Assembly: GCF_018977255.1 (NCBI RefSeq)
Contig: NW_024704743.1
Coordinates: 7,256,001-7,320,000 of the forward strand
DNA from: Callorhinchus milii
Taxonomy: Eukaryota
Direction of reading: 5' to 3'
Length of the DNA stretch: 64,000 bases
The notes under the pieces: generated by a model
What the model saw: only the letters and a program-made list of their open reading frames with translations
Told to the model about the DNA's origin: nothing
The model's database searches: none
Made by a program: the position numbers and the translations under genes
In this document: positions 34,401 through 48,423 of the stretch, piece after piece
Layout of the letters: each line of letters begins with the position of its first letter
How positions within the stretch are numbered: the first letter of the stretch is position 1

Positions 34401-36206
34401 GAACTGGATAGGCAACAATTATTTTAATTGTAGGTAATGACGTTCAGGCGCCAGTGGAGGATCTGCTTTGTATCAGAGCTGCTCCGACAAGTCGTGGTGC
34501 CCTGTCATCCATCGTGTCGCATTTTTTTAAAATAAAAAAAATCATCAGGCAATAATTCTCCCAATTAATTATTCATCCGTTAAAAACTGTAACTGGCTCT
34601 CACTCTCCGATTGCCGAAGAAATGGGAACGAGTGGAATGAAATGCTCCACAAATCCAGCTAGATTTATCCAGTTTATCTGATCTCCCAACACTGTTCAAA
34701 CGAGAATAAGTGGCTACAGTGGCGGAATAGAGGATTCAGTCACTTTTTTTGTAGGTGGCAATTGAGTGTCTTTAAAGTTTACAGCAGACAAAAGGGCGTA
34801 AAAATGCAAACGTGACAATGGTTATTAAGAATGAGACAGTAAGTCTGCAGCTAGTCCCAACCCAACTTGGAAAATAAAGTATCTTTTCTGAACTCAGATT
34901 TATTCAGCAGCGCTTGCATTTTCTGTTTGTTTCAGACAAAAGACTAATCTGCAGCTAGTCCTAACCCAACTTGCAAAGGGAGGTATCTTTTCTAACCCGC
35001 ATTTATTCAGGCAGTGCTTGCATTTTTTGTTAGTTTGAAAGTAAAATCAGCAAAATTAGATCATTTACTGTTTAAAGCGTTTCATTTGGTTAAGATTGTT
35101 CTGTTCCTCCTTATTCTTATATCCCATGAAACGCTTTGAGACATCTCAAGGACATATTATTAATAATAATCCTTGTATTTGATATAGTGCCTTATCACAT
35201 AATATATTGTCTCAAATCACTTCACAGAATATATTGTAAAGTGCATTTATTATTTTTTCATTAAAATTGTTATATCATCCTAGGGTGAAATCCTCAAATC
35301 TACAAAACCATTTTACTTTAAAGTAATAATTAAATAATGGTATGTTAAGGCGCTATATGAAATTATTATTTATTATAATTTGGTTCTTTTACAAATGAAG
35401 CATTGCACCAGAAGTGATCTCAATGGTATAATATATATAGCATATAAATAGACAGCCATAGTTATTTATATAAATAAATAACAACAATTTACATATAAAG
35501 CGCCTTATACAGTGGGAGAATGTCTTCAAGAGCTTTATAACAATTGAGTGGGGGGCACACGGATCTCCAATCTATTGCAGTTTATAAATAAAACTGTGAA
35601 GTAGTGTTTGTGTGTAAAAGCACCCACCCTATTTAATGACATGGAGTGGCCACACTTTTCTATGAGAAAAGCTTAAAAGCTTCTCTCTTCTTCTTCCTCC
35701 CCACCCCCATCCCATAAACGCTAAACATGGAAAACCCATATATGATGTGAAGTAATATCATGTTTGTAGACATTATTTTACAACACATTCTGGGTTGTGT
35801 TTCAAGGAAGTAACATATTTTAGGTAGCTTCATAAATCAGAAGAGTAAAGCTGAAGGGGTCTATCTGCGTTATCTCAATCCCTCAATAATGTGTCACTGC
35901 CTTGTAACACACCCTGGACTCAATGTTATCCTACATGTAATCTAATAAAGGGTTCAGATGTCATAACGTTCTCACAGTTTATAAGTGTCATCTGGACCTA
36001 GTATTAGATTACAACTTTTAAATGGCTCTCTAGTGTCTGTTATTGCTTACCGGATATATTGTTTGAAATTTATGTGGACTTTTTATTCAGATAAAAATTC
36101 TGTTTCTGACGGGGGTTAGGGGAGCAGCTGGCTGGCAGTGTTGATTCCTGTCAGCTTCATGGCCATATTGCTTCTCAGCGTTCACACAAGAGGACTAACC
36201 GCTAGA

Positions 36207-36833
36207 TTTTTTGGGGCCAGCCGGATGTCTAACACAAGCAGAAACCCATCACCATGCTTAAGGGTATCCAAACCAAACTGAGAATTCATGTATCCCACCT
36301 ACACATGGAAATTCCAGAGATGGATTGTCGGAATGGAATGCGCACTCTCTCCCTGGAGGGACGTATCCCGCTTACCTAATTCCGGAAAGTATTAGGCACA
36401 AGTTGAAAAGAGCCAAGGCTTGGGAACCCCAGAGTGTGCATTGGGGTAACTGCTGGAGTCTAACCAGCTAAAACAACAACAACAACAACACAATTACATT
36501 TGTATACCGCCTTTCACGTCGGGAGGATGTCCCAAGGCACTGAAACCACAGAGCTTGCCATGGATATTGTTCTATGGCAAGCTTTTCCACTGCTTGTTCA
36601 GCGAGGACCACCTTACCTGTTAGGGCTTTGACTTGCAGGGCTAACAGGAGCTGAGAGGGAGGATTCCCTGCCCCCAGTCTGCCCTTTCAAGTCCTGCCGT
36701 TGAGCCAGATTGGCTGTGCTGTCATCAGCAATGCCCTAGAGTACTGCAGGCTCGCATGGTTCAGGAACCAGACCACCGAGTCCACCACAGAGGGCTGGCT
36801 CGATTTTGACATTACATTACCAAACATATCACC
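36207..36833 (-). mobile_element. second copy of the 619-bp element, with an L2 tail inserted at about 36471-36543
   Basis: Reverse complement aligns by eye with about 58415-58980. Confidence 0.8.
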
Positions 36834-39198
36834 AGGTTATTAAAGTTGGTTAACGTCTGATTTTCTAGCACCATAATCTCCCATCAAAAGAACAGGTTGA
36901 GGGTCTATTCTTTGTCAAAACAACAACTTGCATTGAAATAAACGCCCGTCACACCTGGTAGCATCTCGGTGCATCCAAAACAACCTCATGAAGCTGTTGC
37001 TGTCCAGCAATTTGCACTTATTAACACTTTGCACATAAGATGATGCTTCAAAGAGCTTTCTAACAGGTTGCCAGGCAGGACTCATTTAAAAAGCAGCTTG
37101 ATGATGTGATGGCTGGCTGGTGCTGTAGCTTGGGTATTCTGGAGGGATCTCACTTGTATTGATAGGGCCTCTTCATCCAAACCAATCTTGTGGCAAGCAC
37201 TGGAGGTGCAGTTACATATATAATACTTATTTCATTTAATATAGTGCCTTATCATGACATTGAGATGTCTCAAAGTGCTTCACAGAATATACTGTAAAGT
37301 GAATTGACTGTATATTTTGTGGGTGAAATGCAGCAGCCAATTGCGCACAGTTGTGTCCAACAAACACTCAACAGGATTTAGTGACAAAATTATTATTTTT
37401 TGCCAGGCAGGTGTTGGTTAAACAGATAGTCTCAGTAAAATACTCCTCTTGATGACAAAAAATTAGCTGGTTGCTGATATTCTTTGCAGGAGCCCAAGGT
37501 TCTGACAATAATTTGCGTAAACCCTCTTTTTATTTTTAAAAATTCCTGCCTTTAATTTTCTCTCCTCCTGTGTTTCCAAGGATAATAGTTTGCTGGATCC
37601 TTGGCTGATTTCGCTCCTTTCTAACTCAGATAATAATAATACAATAATCTACTACTTTGATGTAGTACCTTTCACATTGGAGGGATGTCTTAAAACAGAT
37701 ATACTGAAGAGTGCAGTGACTACTTCACAGCAGATACGACAGCCAATTTACATACTGAAATGTCCCAGAAACAGCCATGAAGTGAATGACCAATTTTATT
37801 TGGTAGATTGTTTGAAACTTTAATCACTTAGAGGTCCTGTAAAGTAACACACTGGGTATAAATTCACACAGTTGGTTATATGCCGAGACACCTCCACCCC
37901 TATAAGGCAACTGAGATTCATTACTATTTCTTAATCCTTTTCATTTTCTTTTGATTTGTTTGCAACTTCCTACTTTCTCTGTCTTGCTCATTGTCTAATT
38001 CTGCCTTTCCTTAGACCACTGCCACCCACACATCAAAGCAAGTTGGAGCGACCACAGTAACACCATGAAAATAGCACATTAACACATGTTAGACTTGTGC
38101 AATTTATGCCCTGAGTAACAAACCTCAGAGGATTTACCAGCCCAGCCAAAAGTGTCAGGGGCAAAAAATGAAGATAATTTAATCTGTTTCTAAATGTTGC
38201 CTTGAACATTTGGTCAGGATACACCCTAAGTACTTAGAAACACGCAACTGGAATTTTACTGGCAATGTTCAGCGAATATTTATGAAACAAGTCAGCACCA
38301 GGGATCATTTCTGTAGGAGTGGCTCTTGGTAAGTAATACCTCTATTTGTCATATTGAACCATCTGAAAGCGCTTCAGACAATGAGTTACTTTGAAGTACA
38401 GTGACTATTATGTAGGAAAATGCAGCAGCTAACCTGTGTTTGTAACATCCCACAAACAATGAGATGAATGGACAAAGTCAATCTGCGTTTTTCAAATGTA
38501 ATTGAATGTGGCCAGGACACTGGGAGAACTCCCTGTTCTTCCTCAAAATAATGCCTTGGCAGGTTATTATTCACCTGAAGCACCAGAACAGGAACACACA
38601 ATGTAGCACTCCCTCAGCACTAAAGTACCAGTCTAGATTTCTGAGTTCATGTCCTATTATGTGGCTTAAACTGAGTTCAAAGTGATGCTGTGTGCTAAGA
38701 TAGTGTGCCAATATGGTGAGTGTGCAGTTTTATAGAAATTTGTACCTCTTCTAAATGGTTAATCCTCTTCCTTCCATATACTTCCCCTCATGTAATGCTA
38801 ATAATAATCCTTGCATTTTATATAGCACCTTAATGTGTCGTTGAGACGTATCAAAGCATTTCATTGCTGTAAAGTGGATTAACTGTATCTCGTGGGCGAA
38901 ACTCAGCAGCCAGTTTTGCACACAGTAATGTCCCACAAACAGACATGGAGTGAGTGACCAATTTTACCTCAGGGATTGTTGGCCAGGACACTGGAGAAAC
39001 TCCCTTCTCTTTTTGAATAGTGGCATGAGATCTTTAACATCCACCTGAACAGACAAAGGGGACCTCAATTTAATGTCTCCCTAGTGGCCATTCTGGCAAA
39101 TTTTCACTCTCACAAGCCCAGGACAATTATAGCACCCAGTCTGAGAGCAAATTCAGCACAAACCAGAACTCGAACCTGGGACCTTTCAGGTCTGCATC

Positions 39199-39877
39199 TG
39201 TTATAGGCTATAGATGAACGCAAAATAAAAGTATAGAATTATAGTATGTTAAAGTAAGGGGTCTCAGCTGCAAGTTAAGAGGAAGCGAGTGGTTAAAACA
39301 AAACTCAGCTGCCATAAGGAAGTGGAACAAATAAGCGGAACAATGAGAGAATGGTTGGACAGGATAACATGGGGGTCCCAAGGACAATGTGTGTGCTGCT
39401 GCACATACGCACCACGAGGTGTTCACGTGAACTGGACATGACTGAGATAATGTGATGTGGTATGTGAGACATGATTGGATGAACACCCGTATAAGAGTTC
39501 CGTTAACTTTGTGAACGGGGCCATCCCGGGCCGCAGAGACAAGGTACGGGAGATGGAAGACTGAGAGTTGGAAACACGAGGACTGAGGATATCAGAGGGA
39601 AGATTGAAAGCTGTAAGCAAGAAGACTGAAAGCATAAAGAATCAAGCTTGTGTGCTGTAAAGACACAGTGTTGAACTCGAGATATCTACGGTGTTATTGT
39701 TCTGTTATAAGATCTGTTGATTGTACCTGCCTTTGGTCTGACCCACTAGTGAGGGACGATGGCCGTGCCTGCGTGGGCTACAAAATGTGTAGTAGGCAAT
39801 TAACCCATTGGGATTCTGAGTATTAAAGAACCAATATTATCCATTCGAGCGAGTATCTCTTATTCGGGTTTTCAACA
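39199..39877 (+). mobile_element. solo LTR
   Basis: TGTTA...CAACA termini; flanks CATC/CACC (4-bp TSD with one mismatch); internal TATAAG (39490) and ATTAAA (39822); appears to interrupt an old SINE head. Confidence 0.65.
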
Positions 39878-42114
39878 CACCGATTAGTTTAACTTTACTC
39901 AGTGAACCTTGATCATTCTTCATGTGCAAGCACAGGCAGTGGTGTTTACCAATGCTAAGAACACTTTCAAGAATGTGAGGAAAGTTGTCAAGACAATACA
40001 TTAACATTCTTTATTTGCATATAATACTATGACATAGGATTCTCCATCTTCTGTTTGTGTCAACTCCTGGGAACTCCACTATGACAGAATCTATTTCCAA
40101 TTACTAGCATGAGTTGTTATCTTTTAATTACATCTGTTACAAACAGACACTATTAAACTCCAACTCTGCTGGGATGTCACTAAATGATAATAATCCTAGA
40201 CATAACACCGATTAAAAAGCACCTCAAACCCAAGCTTCATAGGATTTACTTGAAGTCGAATGACTGTGTTAATTTTAGCACAACATCATTCCACAAACAG
40301 TCAATGAAGTGAATGACCAATTCTATCTGAGCATCTCACCCAATCTTATCGCTTTACTGAGTTTGCTGATACAATACAATTTATATAATAATTCTTATTT
40401 GATATAGCACCTTGTCATTTCATCACAATGTCTCAAAGTTCTTCACAGCATATACTGTAAAATGGATTGACTGTATTTTGTGGGCGAAATGTGGCAGCCA
40501 ATTGTCCTACAAACAGCCATGAAATGCTTCTCACATTGAATAAAGTTTCATAATGCTTCCCTATTGGTTTTGGTGCCCCTGGGCTGGGAGAGGGAGAAGG
40601 AAAATCAGCCAGAGTTCCTACTTCTAATGGATATCCTATGGCTCCTGCTGCAAGTGTGGATCTTTGAAGCTTGGTTGGATGTGACGTGGATAAATAACAC
40701 GCCTTTAAATGAAGACATTAAATAAATACAGCACAGTCAGAAGCCATTTGGCCCATCGAAGCTCTGCTGGTGCTAGCTCCTTCTCTGTAGCTATGATCAC
40801 TTGAAGTAAGGTACCAGAGGACTACTGTCAGGAAAAGCAGCTCGAGCCACTGTTTCCGAAGCAACTGGGATAGGGCTAATAGAAGTGAAATATGAAGGGA
40901 ATAACTTTTCTGCAGTCCTAGTTGAACATTCTTTGCTGCAGTATATAAAGTACTTCATTGCTTTTTCAATGGTAATAACAATGGACACTATCACCATGTG
41001 AACCAACGTTCCCCATCTGTCAAAGCATTAGCAGAGCCAATATCGTGCCCATAGTGCCATTTAATACTGTACTACTCTGTGCAGTATTCCCAGTACCTTT
41101 ATTATCAGCTCTAAAATCCCATCCTAACCTCACACCACCAAGATCTGTAAATGTATAAGGAATAAGATGTTCTTTTCTATCAAGGACTACAAATTTGCCA
41201 ATCTTTAGAGAATCAAAAATAATAATAAATATTAATTTGACAAAATCCTTGTATTTGATGTGGCACCTTCCATATCAGGAGGAGGTATCAAAGCACTTCA
41301 TATGAGTTTACTGTGGCATGTAGTGACTGTGTATTTTGTAGGCAAACAACCTATAGTCGTAAAACAAAGAATGAATAATGCACCTAACCTGAACCTGATG
41401 GGCTGTAGCCAAACATGTGTACACCCAGTATCTTTTCAATTACTCTCCATTTGCCTCTCCTTAAGGCAAAGTGCAATTGTACAGTTCCACAAATTTCTGC
41501 GGTCTGCTGGCCCTAGTGGACACATTCCTCATGAATGAGAAAGTCAATGAGTTCAGAAGGGTTTTCGATCAGAGGGAGCCAGGGCTAAATGTATTCTCAT
41601 TTGGTGAATACACGCTCACTTACAGGAGAGGCTATGTGACTGAGATCAGAAGCCTGAAATTCCACCTAGTCTTGGTCTGTAAAACCATTTAATCTTATAA
41701 TTTAAGATAGTGTGTATATTTGAGGAAAATTCCCCAATTCAGTGTCAATTTGGATGCCGGTTCTTTTTGAAAACCCCAGAAAACGATTTCCAAATAAGGC
41801 TGAATTTATGTACCACATGGAGTATGTATAGTATGAGACATCAACAAATGGCCCAATATGTACATTCTCATCCAAAATAAACACCTTTTAATATGTTTAA
41901 CCATGGAAAGAACCACATCATCTGTCCTGTAACCAGACTGTTTCCTCCCTGGCATAATCCTTGAATCGGATGGTAGCACTCTCGTCTGTGGGTCAGAAGT
42001 TTGTGGGTTCAAGTTCAATGACAGAACTTGAGCTCATAGTCTAATTTGACACCTTTGGGTGATGTGCTATAATCTTGGCTATACCTTTTTCTAGATGAGG
42101 CGTTAAACTGAAAT

Positions 42115-42337
42115 AACAACAACAAAATTACATTTGTAGAGCGCCTTTCATGTCGGGAGGACCTCCTAAAATGCTGAACAGTCAAATGGCGGAACCTGAG
42201 CATGGAGGAGGGGTGTGTAAGGGTGAGGGAAGGCAAAGAGGTGGGAGGGAGACCAAAGGCACGTTCGAAGAGAAGGGTCTTGAGACCGGCCTTGAAGGAT
42301 GCAAAGGAGGAAGCGAGGTGAAGGGACGGACCGTGGG
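42115..42337 (-). mobile_element. short L2 3' end
   Basis: SFKAGLKTLLFERAF plus tail. Similar short tails at about 6140-6380, 12161-12330, 14170-14410, 14731-14862, 22470-22540, 36471-36543, 50069-50290 and 60695-60950. Confidence 0.85.
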
Positions 42338-44044
42338 AAATCACAACTACCTGCTGTTAGATGGGTTTTAAAGCTCCCATGACTGGTTGGACACTACCCT
42401 CTCACCCATTACATATAACACGAGTGCTCAGTGAATCCACAGTATATCGGACATACAATTCACTTCTGGCTTTCAGCACTGACTGGCTGGCTTCCTGCAC
42501 AATGTGTGCAGGTGCAGAATGCTTCCCGGCATTAGTGATATCCTAGCAACTGAGCTGGCCGGCTTTCCAAGCACCACACACATCACATGCCCAGCGCCAC
42601 TGAGACATCAGCAGCAACAACTTGACCGGGAATTGCTGGCTGATGGGTGTACTGTAGTCCGACATGTTATAACACAGTCTCGTTTATGAAGTCAAACCAT
42701 TGCATTGTATTGGGGCTCCGACCGTAAAGAGAACTTTCTTCCAGTACCCTAGCCAAGAATCTTTCAGATTAACAGTTATTCACCTCAAGGTTGTTTGTGG
42801 GACAGATGGGTGCTTTATTTCCTTCAAAACATTTCTACATTTGACAGTAATTACCTGTGAAGCTCAGAGGTGACAAGTTGCTATAAAAATGCAAGTTCTT
42901 TCTTTCCTTGTGTGCCAACCTGAAAGCGTGCCAGTAAGTTCAACCAATGGGCATTTCAATATGATTCCAACATGAATCCGTGAAAGAGGATACTGTAATT
43001 GTATTACTGAGATACCACTAGGGCCCAGAGTGTGAAAATTAGGGAATTAACAACCAAACCAACTTACATTGATAAACCACCTTTCATGTCAGGAGTACAT
43101 CTCAAAGTCCCATCACACAGCTGTCAATGGAAAGAAACCTTTTGGTAATGATTTCAAAGCTCCCATGGTATAGAAACAATTGTTTGTGTCTTATATACCT
43201 TAACACTGTTCTACTTTAAAAGGAATAAGCAGTGAGTGAGTCATCTTGATCTTTACAGTACCTATATTGTTTCTTGTGCAATGTTGCGTCTATATTCTGG
43301 CCTTGGGCATAAATCCATTATAAACAAAGCTTCCAAAAGTAACTGGGATATCCTCTATAAATATCTGTTAAAAGATAGGACAGTAATTAATAAGTAAACC
43401 CCAAAGTGCCCATGAATAAACAATAAAGCCCATTGGAGGATGTGCCTGTTGGTGAAAACTGACCTACTCATGGGTTTACAGACCTGACCTTGCAATCGCC
43501 TCCTCTGCTCAACATGGAGCACACTTGCCATCTAGTGGCACATAGTAATCACACAGGCAGGCCCCAGCACTGTGCACACACTCAAAAAGGTACAACTGTA
43601 ATTTCTGAAAGATTTTGCCTGTGTTTGAAGGGATGTGAGATAGAGTCTCCTCATAATGTCTCCACATTGGAATGATGTGCTAAAACGGTCAAACTAAATG
43701 GTTAAGAGTATCAATGGGGATTCTGAGGAGACGTTCACCGTGACATTACACGAGTTTCATTTGAAGCAATTATTCCGAGTGGAGTAATTGTTACCTTTGA
43801 GTTCTTCACTGATAAAGGCTACTGCAGTAAGGTTAGAGTTAGTATCAGAGGAGACAACAACAACAACTTGCATGTATATAGCGCCCCTCACTCAGGTTAG
43901 CTTCCCAGAGACAAAGGTCTGCTTCTGGGAGCAGATGTTAGACCATCAAAGGAGAAGATTGTATCAGAAATCCTGAAACTGTAACAACATAGATCTGAAA
44001 GTGTCTTATATTATATTACTTAATCTGTATTACTCTGGACGAGA

Positions 44045-44937
44045 GACAACTTTCTTCAGCTCAACGTACGTAAAACTGAGGCCCTCCTGATTGGCTCGAG
44101 TCAGCGCCTCCGCACCTCAGGCGCTGACAGCATCAGCATCCAAGGCTGCACTCTCCACCTCTCAAAGTCAGTCAGGAACCTCGGCGTTCTGTTCGACCCT
44201 GAGCTGTCCTTTCTTCCCCACATCCGCGCCACAACTGGCACCGCCTTCCATCACCTCTGAAACATCGCCAGACTACGGCACTACCTCACCCCTCACGCTG
44301 CTGAAACTCTGGTCCACGCCTTTATCACCTCAAGGCTGGACTTTGGGAACTCTCTCCTCGCCGGCCTTCCCGACACCTCCCTCCACAAGCTGCAGGTCAT
44401 TCAGAACTCTGCAGCTCGTGTACTGTCCCGCACCAGGCTTCGCGACCACATCACTCCCACCCTCGCTCGCCTCCACTGGCTCCCCATCCCCCAGAGGATC
44501 GATTTCAAGATCCTCATCCTCGCCTACAAGGCCATTCACCTCCTTGCTCCCTTCTACCTCTCCGACCTACTATCCCCCCATTCTACCTGCCCGTACCCTC
44601 CATTCCTCTGGCTCCGGTCTGCTCCACATCCCCCGCCCCAACCGCCCTACCATTGGTGGCCGGGTCTTCAGCCTCTCAGCCCCGAGGCTCTGGAACTCTA
44701 TCCCCCAGTGCCTTCGCCGCCTCCTCCCTTTCCTCCTTCAAAGCTGGTCTCAAGACCTTTCTCTTTGACCGTGCCTTCAGCTCCCTCTCGACTCTCTACC
44801 CCCTCCTCGCTCCCTCCCTTCCCTCCCCTCACCCTGACCATTTCCCCCCTGCTCGGGTCCTGACCCAACTGTCCAGCGCTTTGGGACGTCCTCCCGACGT
44901 GAAAGGTGCTCTATAAATGGAATCTTGTTGTTGTTGT
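44045..44937 (+). mobile_element. 5'-truncated L2 LINE, relatively well preserved
   Basis: NFLQLN..KTE, RNLGVLFDPELSF and [15 protein letters not shown] regions; complete tail AGCGCTTTGGGACGTCCTCCCGACGTGAAAGG...(TTG)n. Confidence 0.92.
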
Positions 44938-45163
44938 TAATACTTATTGAAAACATTGTGATATTCCTAATATTTCAAAGATATGTAAAGTTGTATTATG
45001 TATGGTTTAGTGATGGATATACCACTCTTATGTACTTGGTGACCTTAACAACCAATGTTGTGATCGCTGATATAGCATGACTGCTGACTCTCATTTCCTC
45101 CTACCCTCGCTCCCTCTCACCCCCCTCCCCAAGTTCTAGTTACTAGTCTGTCAATAGTGTATA

Positions 45164-45468
45164 TAATAATAATAATAATAATCCTTGCATTTGATTATAG
45201 CACCTTATCACATCGTTGAGACATCTCAAAGCGATTCACAGAATATGCTGCAAAGTGAATTGACTGTATATTTTGTGGGCGAAACGCGGCAGCCAATTGC
45301 GCACAGCAGTGTCCCACAAACAGTCTTGCACCAAATTATTGTTATTATTTATTTATTGAAGGGAATATTACCCCAGGAAAGCGATCTGGCAATTGACTGA
45401 CAACTGGGTCCCTATTTGATGCTAGGTAAACAGAGGCGTGTGGAGTAAGGAAACATCCCTAAGGTTTC
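45164..45468 (-). mobile_element. older long form of the tRNA-SINE, 5'-truncated
   Basis: (AAT)n plus tail plus the central segment GCTAGGTAAACAGAGGCGTGTGGAGTAAGG. Confidence 0.82.
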
Positions 45469-46494
45469 GATTATTAATAATTGTTAATTAATGTGAATGA
45501 GATTGACCACACATGTACATCTGCGGTGGCATTTGTATAGCGTCTTTCACGTCAGGAGGACATCTCAAGGCGCTGGACAATCAGGGTTTCGAACCTGAGC
45601 TGGAGTGGTCCTGGATTCGAGGGTGGAGGCAGAGAGATAGAGATGGGTGTCATCCGCATACATAACAACAACATATTGCACTTATATAGTGCCCTTCATG
45701 TTGGGAGAGTTTCTCAAGGCGCTGGACAGTTGAGGGTTTAGCAGTTGCTGGGGGTTGGATTTGAGAGGGGTGGGGGCCAATGGGGGTAAATTATAAAGGA
45801 AGGGAGAAAAAGGAAGACATTTCAAAAAATAAACTGAATGGATAAGATTATTAAAAAAATGAAGGCATTGGAGGAGAATGTATTCTATGTAGAGCACAAG
45901 TTAGAACATGGCATTTACATCATTGAAAACCACAGACCATCCCATTTCCAGCACAGATTGCTACTGGCACGTTTCACCTTGGCATCGTTCCCAATTAATA
46001 ACAATAACACATGTTCTAACACATTTATTAAATTCATTACCTATTTCTGCAAAGGGATTAATCATTAAAGTGCCTGTTGTTTTGAAGGAATAAACCCACC
46101 CACACTCTTTTGGTGTTGAAATTGGTTTCTGTGTTGAATGCACATTGTGTTTTTTTACACAGCCTGGGGTGTATTACAAGACAAGACATATCAAGAGGCT
46201 GGGATAGTCTTTGAGCATGACAGCAAAGCTCGGATGATTTATCCTTCCTTTTTTTCCCCCTCATCCTCTTAAACTTACTGATTTTACATGAAGTGCATTT
46301 CCATTGGGTGCCAGCAGCCTGATGGTAGGTTGCCCGAGAGGCATTGTCATAGATGAATCTAATCAACAATATCAGAAGAGAGGTTTGGATGAAGAAGATC
46401 CATTGGATCTCATCCTTCCAGAATACCATCAAAATATTTCTTAAATTAATTCAGAGTCCTAACTTCAACCAGTTTAGTGGTAATCTGGATTACA

Positions 46495-46882
46495 ATCATT
46501 CAATTGGTACCACTCTCGCCTCTGAGTTAGAAAATCATGGGTTTAAGCCTCATGTTGGGGACTTTGAGCTCACAGTCTGGCATTCCAACACAGGGCTGAG
46601 GGAATGCTGCACTGTCCAAACTGCCGCCCTTCCGATGAGACATTAAACCAAGGTCCTGTCTACCTGTTCTGGTGGACGTTAATGATCCTCTGGCATGATT
46701 CGAAAAGAGAAGGAAGTTTCTCCGGGAAGCCTAGCCAACAGTCGGATAAAAAGAAATTGGCTTCACTTTTGTCTACAACATAAACAATCAATATACTTTA
46801 CTGTACATTCCCGTGAAGCGCTTTGAGTCATCTCAATGACGGGATGAGGCACTGTATCAAATGCAAGGATTATTATTATTAT
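46495..46882 (+). mobile_element. ancient Deu-domain SINE
   Basis: Same head, body and tail as 62677-63093. Confidence 0.75.
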
Positions 46883-47110
46883 AGCGATGCCAGATGAAAT
46901 TTAATGTAGTACAGTGTGAGGTTATACATTGGGGAGAAAGGATAAGGAGAGCAAGTACATGCCAAATGGAAACCATTTAAAAGGAATAGAAGACCAGAGA
47001 GACCTAGGGGTTAAAATACATAAATCCTTCAAGGTGAGAAGGCAGTGAGTAAAGGGTATCAATTTCCGATAAATAAGCAAAGGGGAAATTAGCAGGATTT
47101 TTAAAAAAAT

Positions 47111-47843
47111 ACAACAACAACAAGACTACATTTGTATAGCGCCTTTCATGTAGGGAGGATGTCCCAAGGCACTGGATAGTGTACAGCATTTCAGACCCGA
47201 GCTGGGGTCAGGGAGGGAGAAGGGAGGGGAGGGGAAGGGGGGTGACCAATGGCATGGTCAAAGAGGAGGGTCTTGAGGCGGGACTTGAAGGGGACTACGG
47301 AGGGGGCGAGGTGGAGTGATTGGGGGATGGAATTCCAGAGGTTGGGGCAGAGTGGTTGAAGGCTCTCTCACCAATGGTGGGGCGGGTGGGTCGGGGGACG
47401 TGGAGCAGGCCGGAGCCGGCTGAGCGGAGGGAGCGGGCGGGTTGGTAGGAGGTCAGGAGGTCGCAGAGGTAGGGTGGGGCGAGGCCATGGAGAGCTTTGT
47501 TGGTGAGGACCAGGATCTTGAACTGGATCCTCTGAAGGATAGTGAGCCAATGGAGTCGGGCGAGAATGGGAAGATGGGGTCATGGAGTTTGGTGCGGGAG
47601 AGGACACGGGCTGCAGAGTTCTGGATTATCTGCAGCCTGTGGAGGGAGGAGTTGGGAAGGCCGACAAGCAGGGAGTTTGCATAGTCGAGTCTGGAGGTGA
47701 TGAAGGCATGAACAAGAGTTTCAGCGGCCTGAGGGGTGAGGTAGTGGCGGAGTCGGGCGATGTTACGGAGGTGAGGGAAGGTAGAGCGGGTCATGGCTCG
47801 GATGTGGAGAAGAAAAGACAGTTGAGGGTCGAACAAGACACCT
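47111..47843 (-). mobile_element. 5'-truncated L2 LINE
   Basis: FDPQLSF...AETLVHAFITSRLDYANSLLVGLP...[10 protein letters not shown]; tail present. Confidence 0.92.
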
Positions 47844-48423
47844 AATAGAATTGTTTGTAATTCTATTTAAAGACTCCATATTGACTTCAAGATTTTCTCT
47901 AGTCAGCTGGTATCAGACACACGTGGAAACCCATCATTGAGCTGTGCGCCTTGGGACGACCTCCCAACGTGAAAGGTGCTATACATATGTTATTTGTTGT
48001 TGTTGTTTTGTGCTGAAGAATATCCTAGACTGAGAGTTCCACATACGTATGCCACTTCACATGGACATTTCTGACATTCTGTTACCAAGTATGTCACCTT
48101 GGAGCCAGCCTGTTTACACCACTTCAAGAGGGAACTAGTTAGTTATCAAAAAAGGGGTACATTTGCACGAGTTTGGAGGGAAAGATAGGTACAACAACAG
48201 CAACTTGTAATTTTATAGTGTCCTTCACATGTGGTGGTGTCTCGGAGCACTTAACTCAGAAGTAATCGGGACTGGAAAGATTGTAATATCACAAAAAAAC
48301 AGTGCAAACGTGAGGCCTTTTCTGTGCTGTGAGTTTCTAATCCATGGAATAAAATCAATGCTCGAAAAAGAATATTGAAGGGCATGGAATGGGCAGGAGA
48401 GTGGGATTAGATGAGATGGCTCA

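Noticed and set aside
44091..44768. 225-aa Ser/Pro-rich ORF and other L2/CR1-derived ORFs
   Set aside because: Off-frame or fragmentary translations of dead LINE copies; no intact ORF2 in the window.
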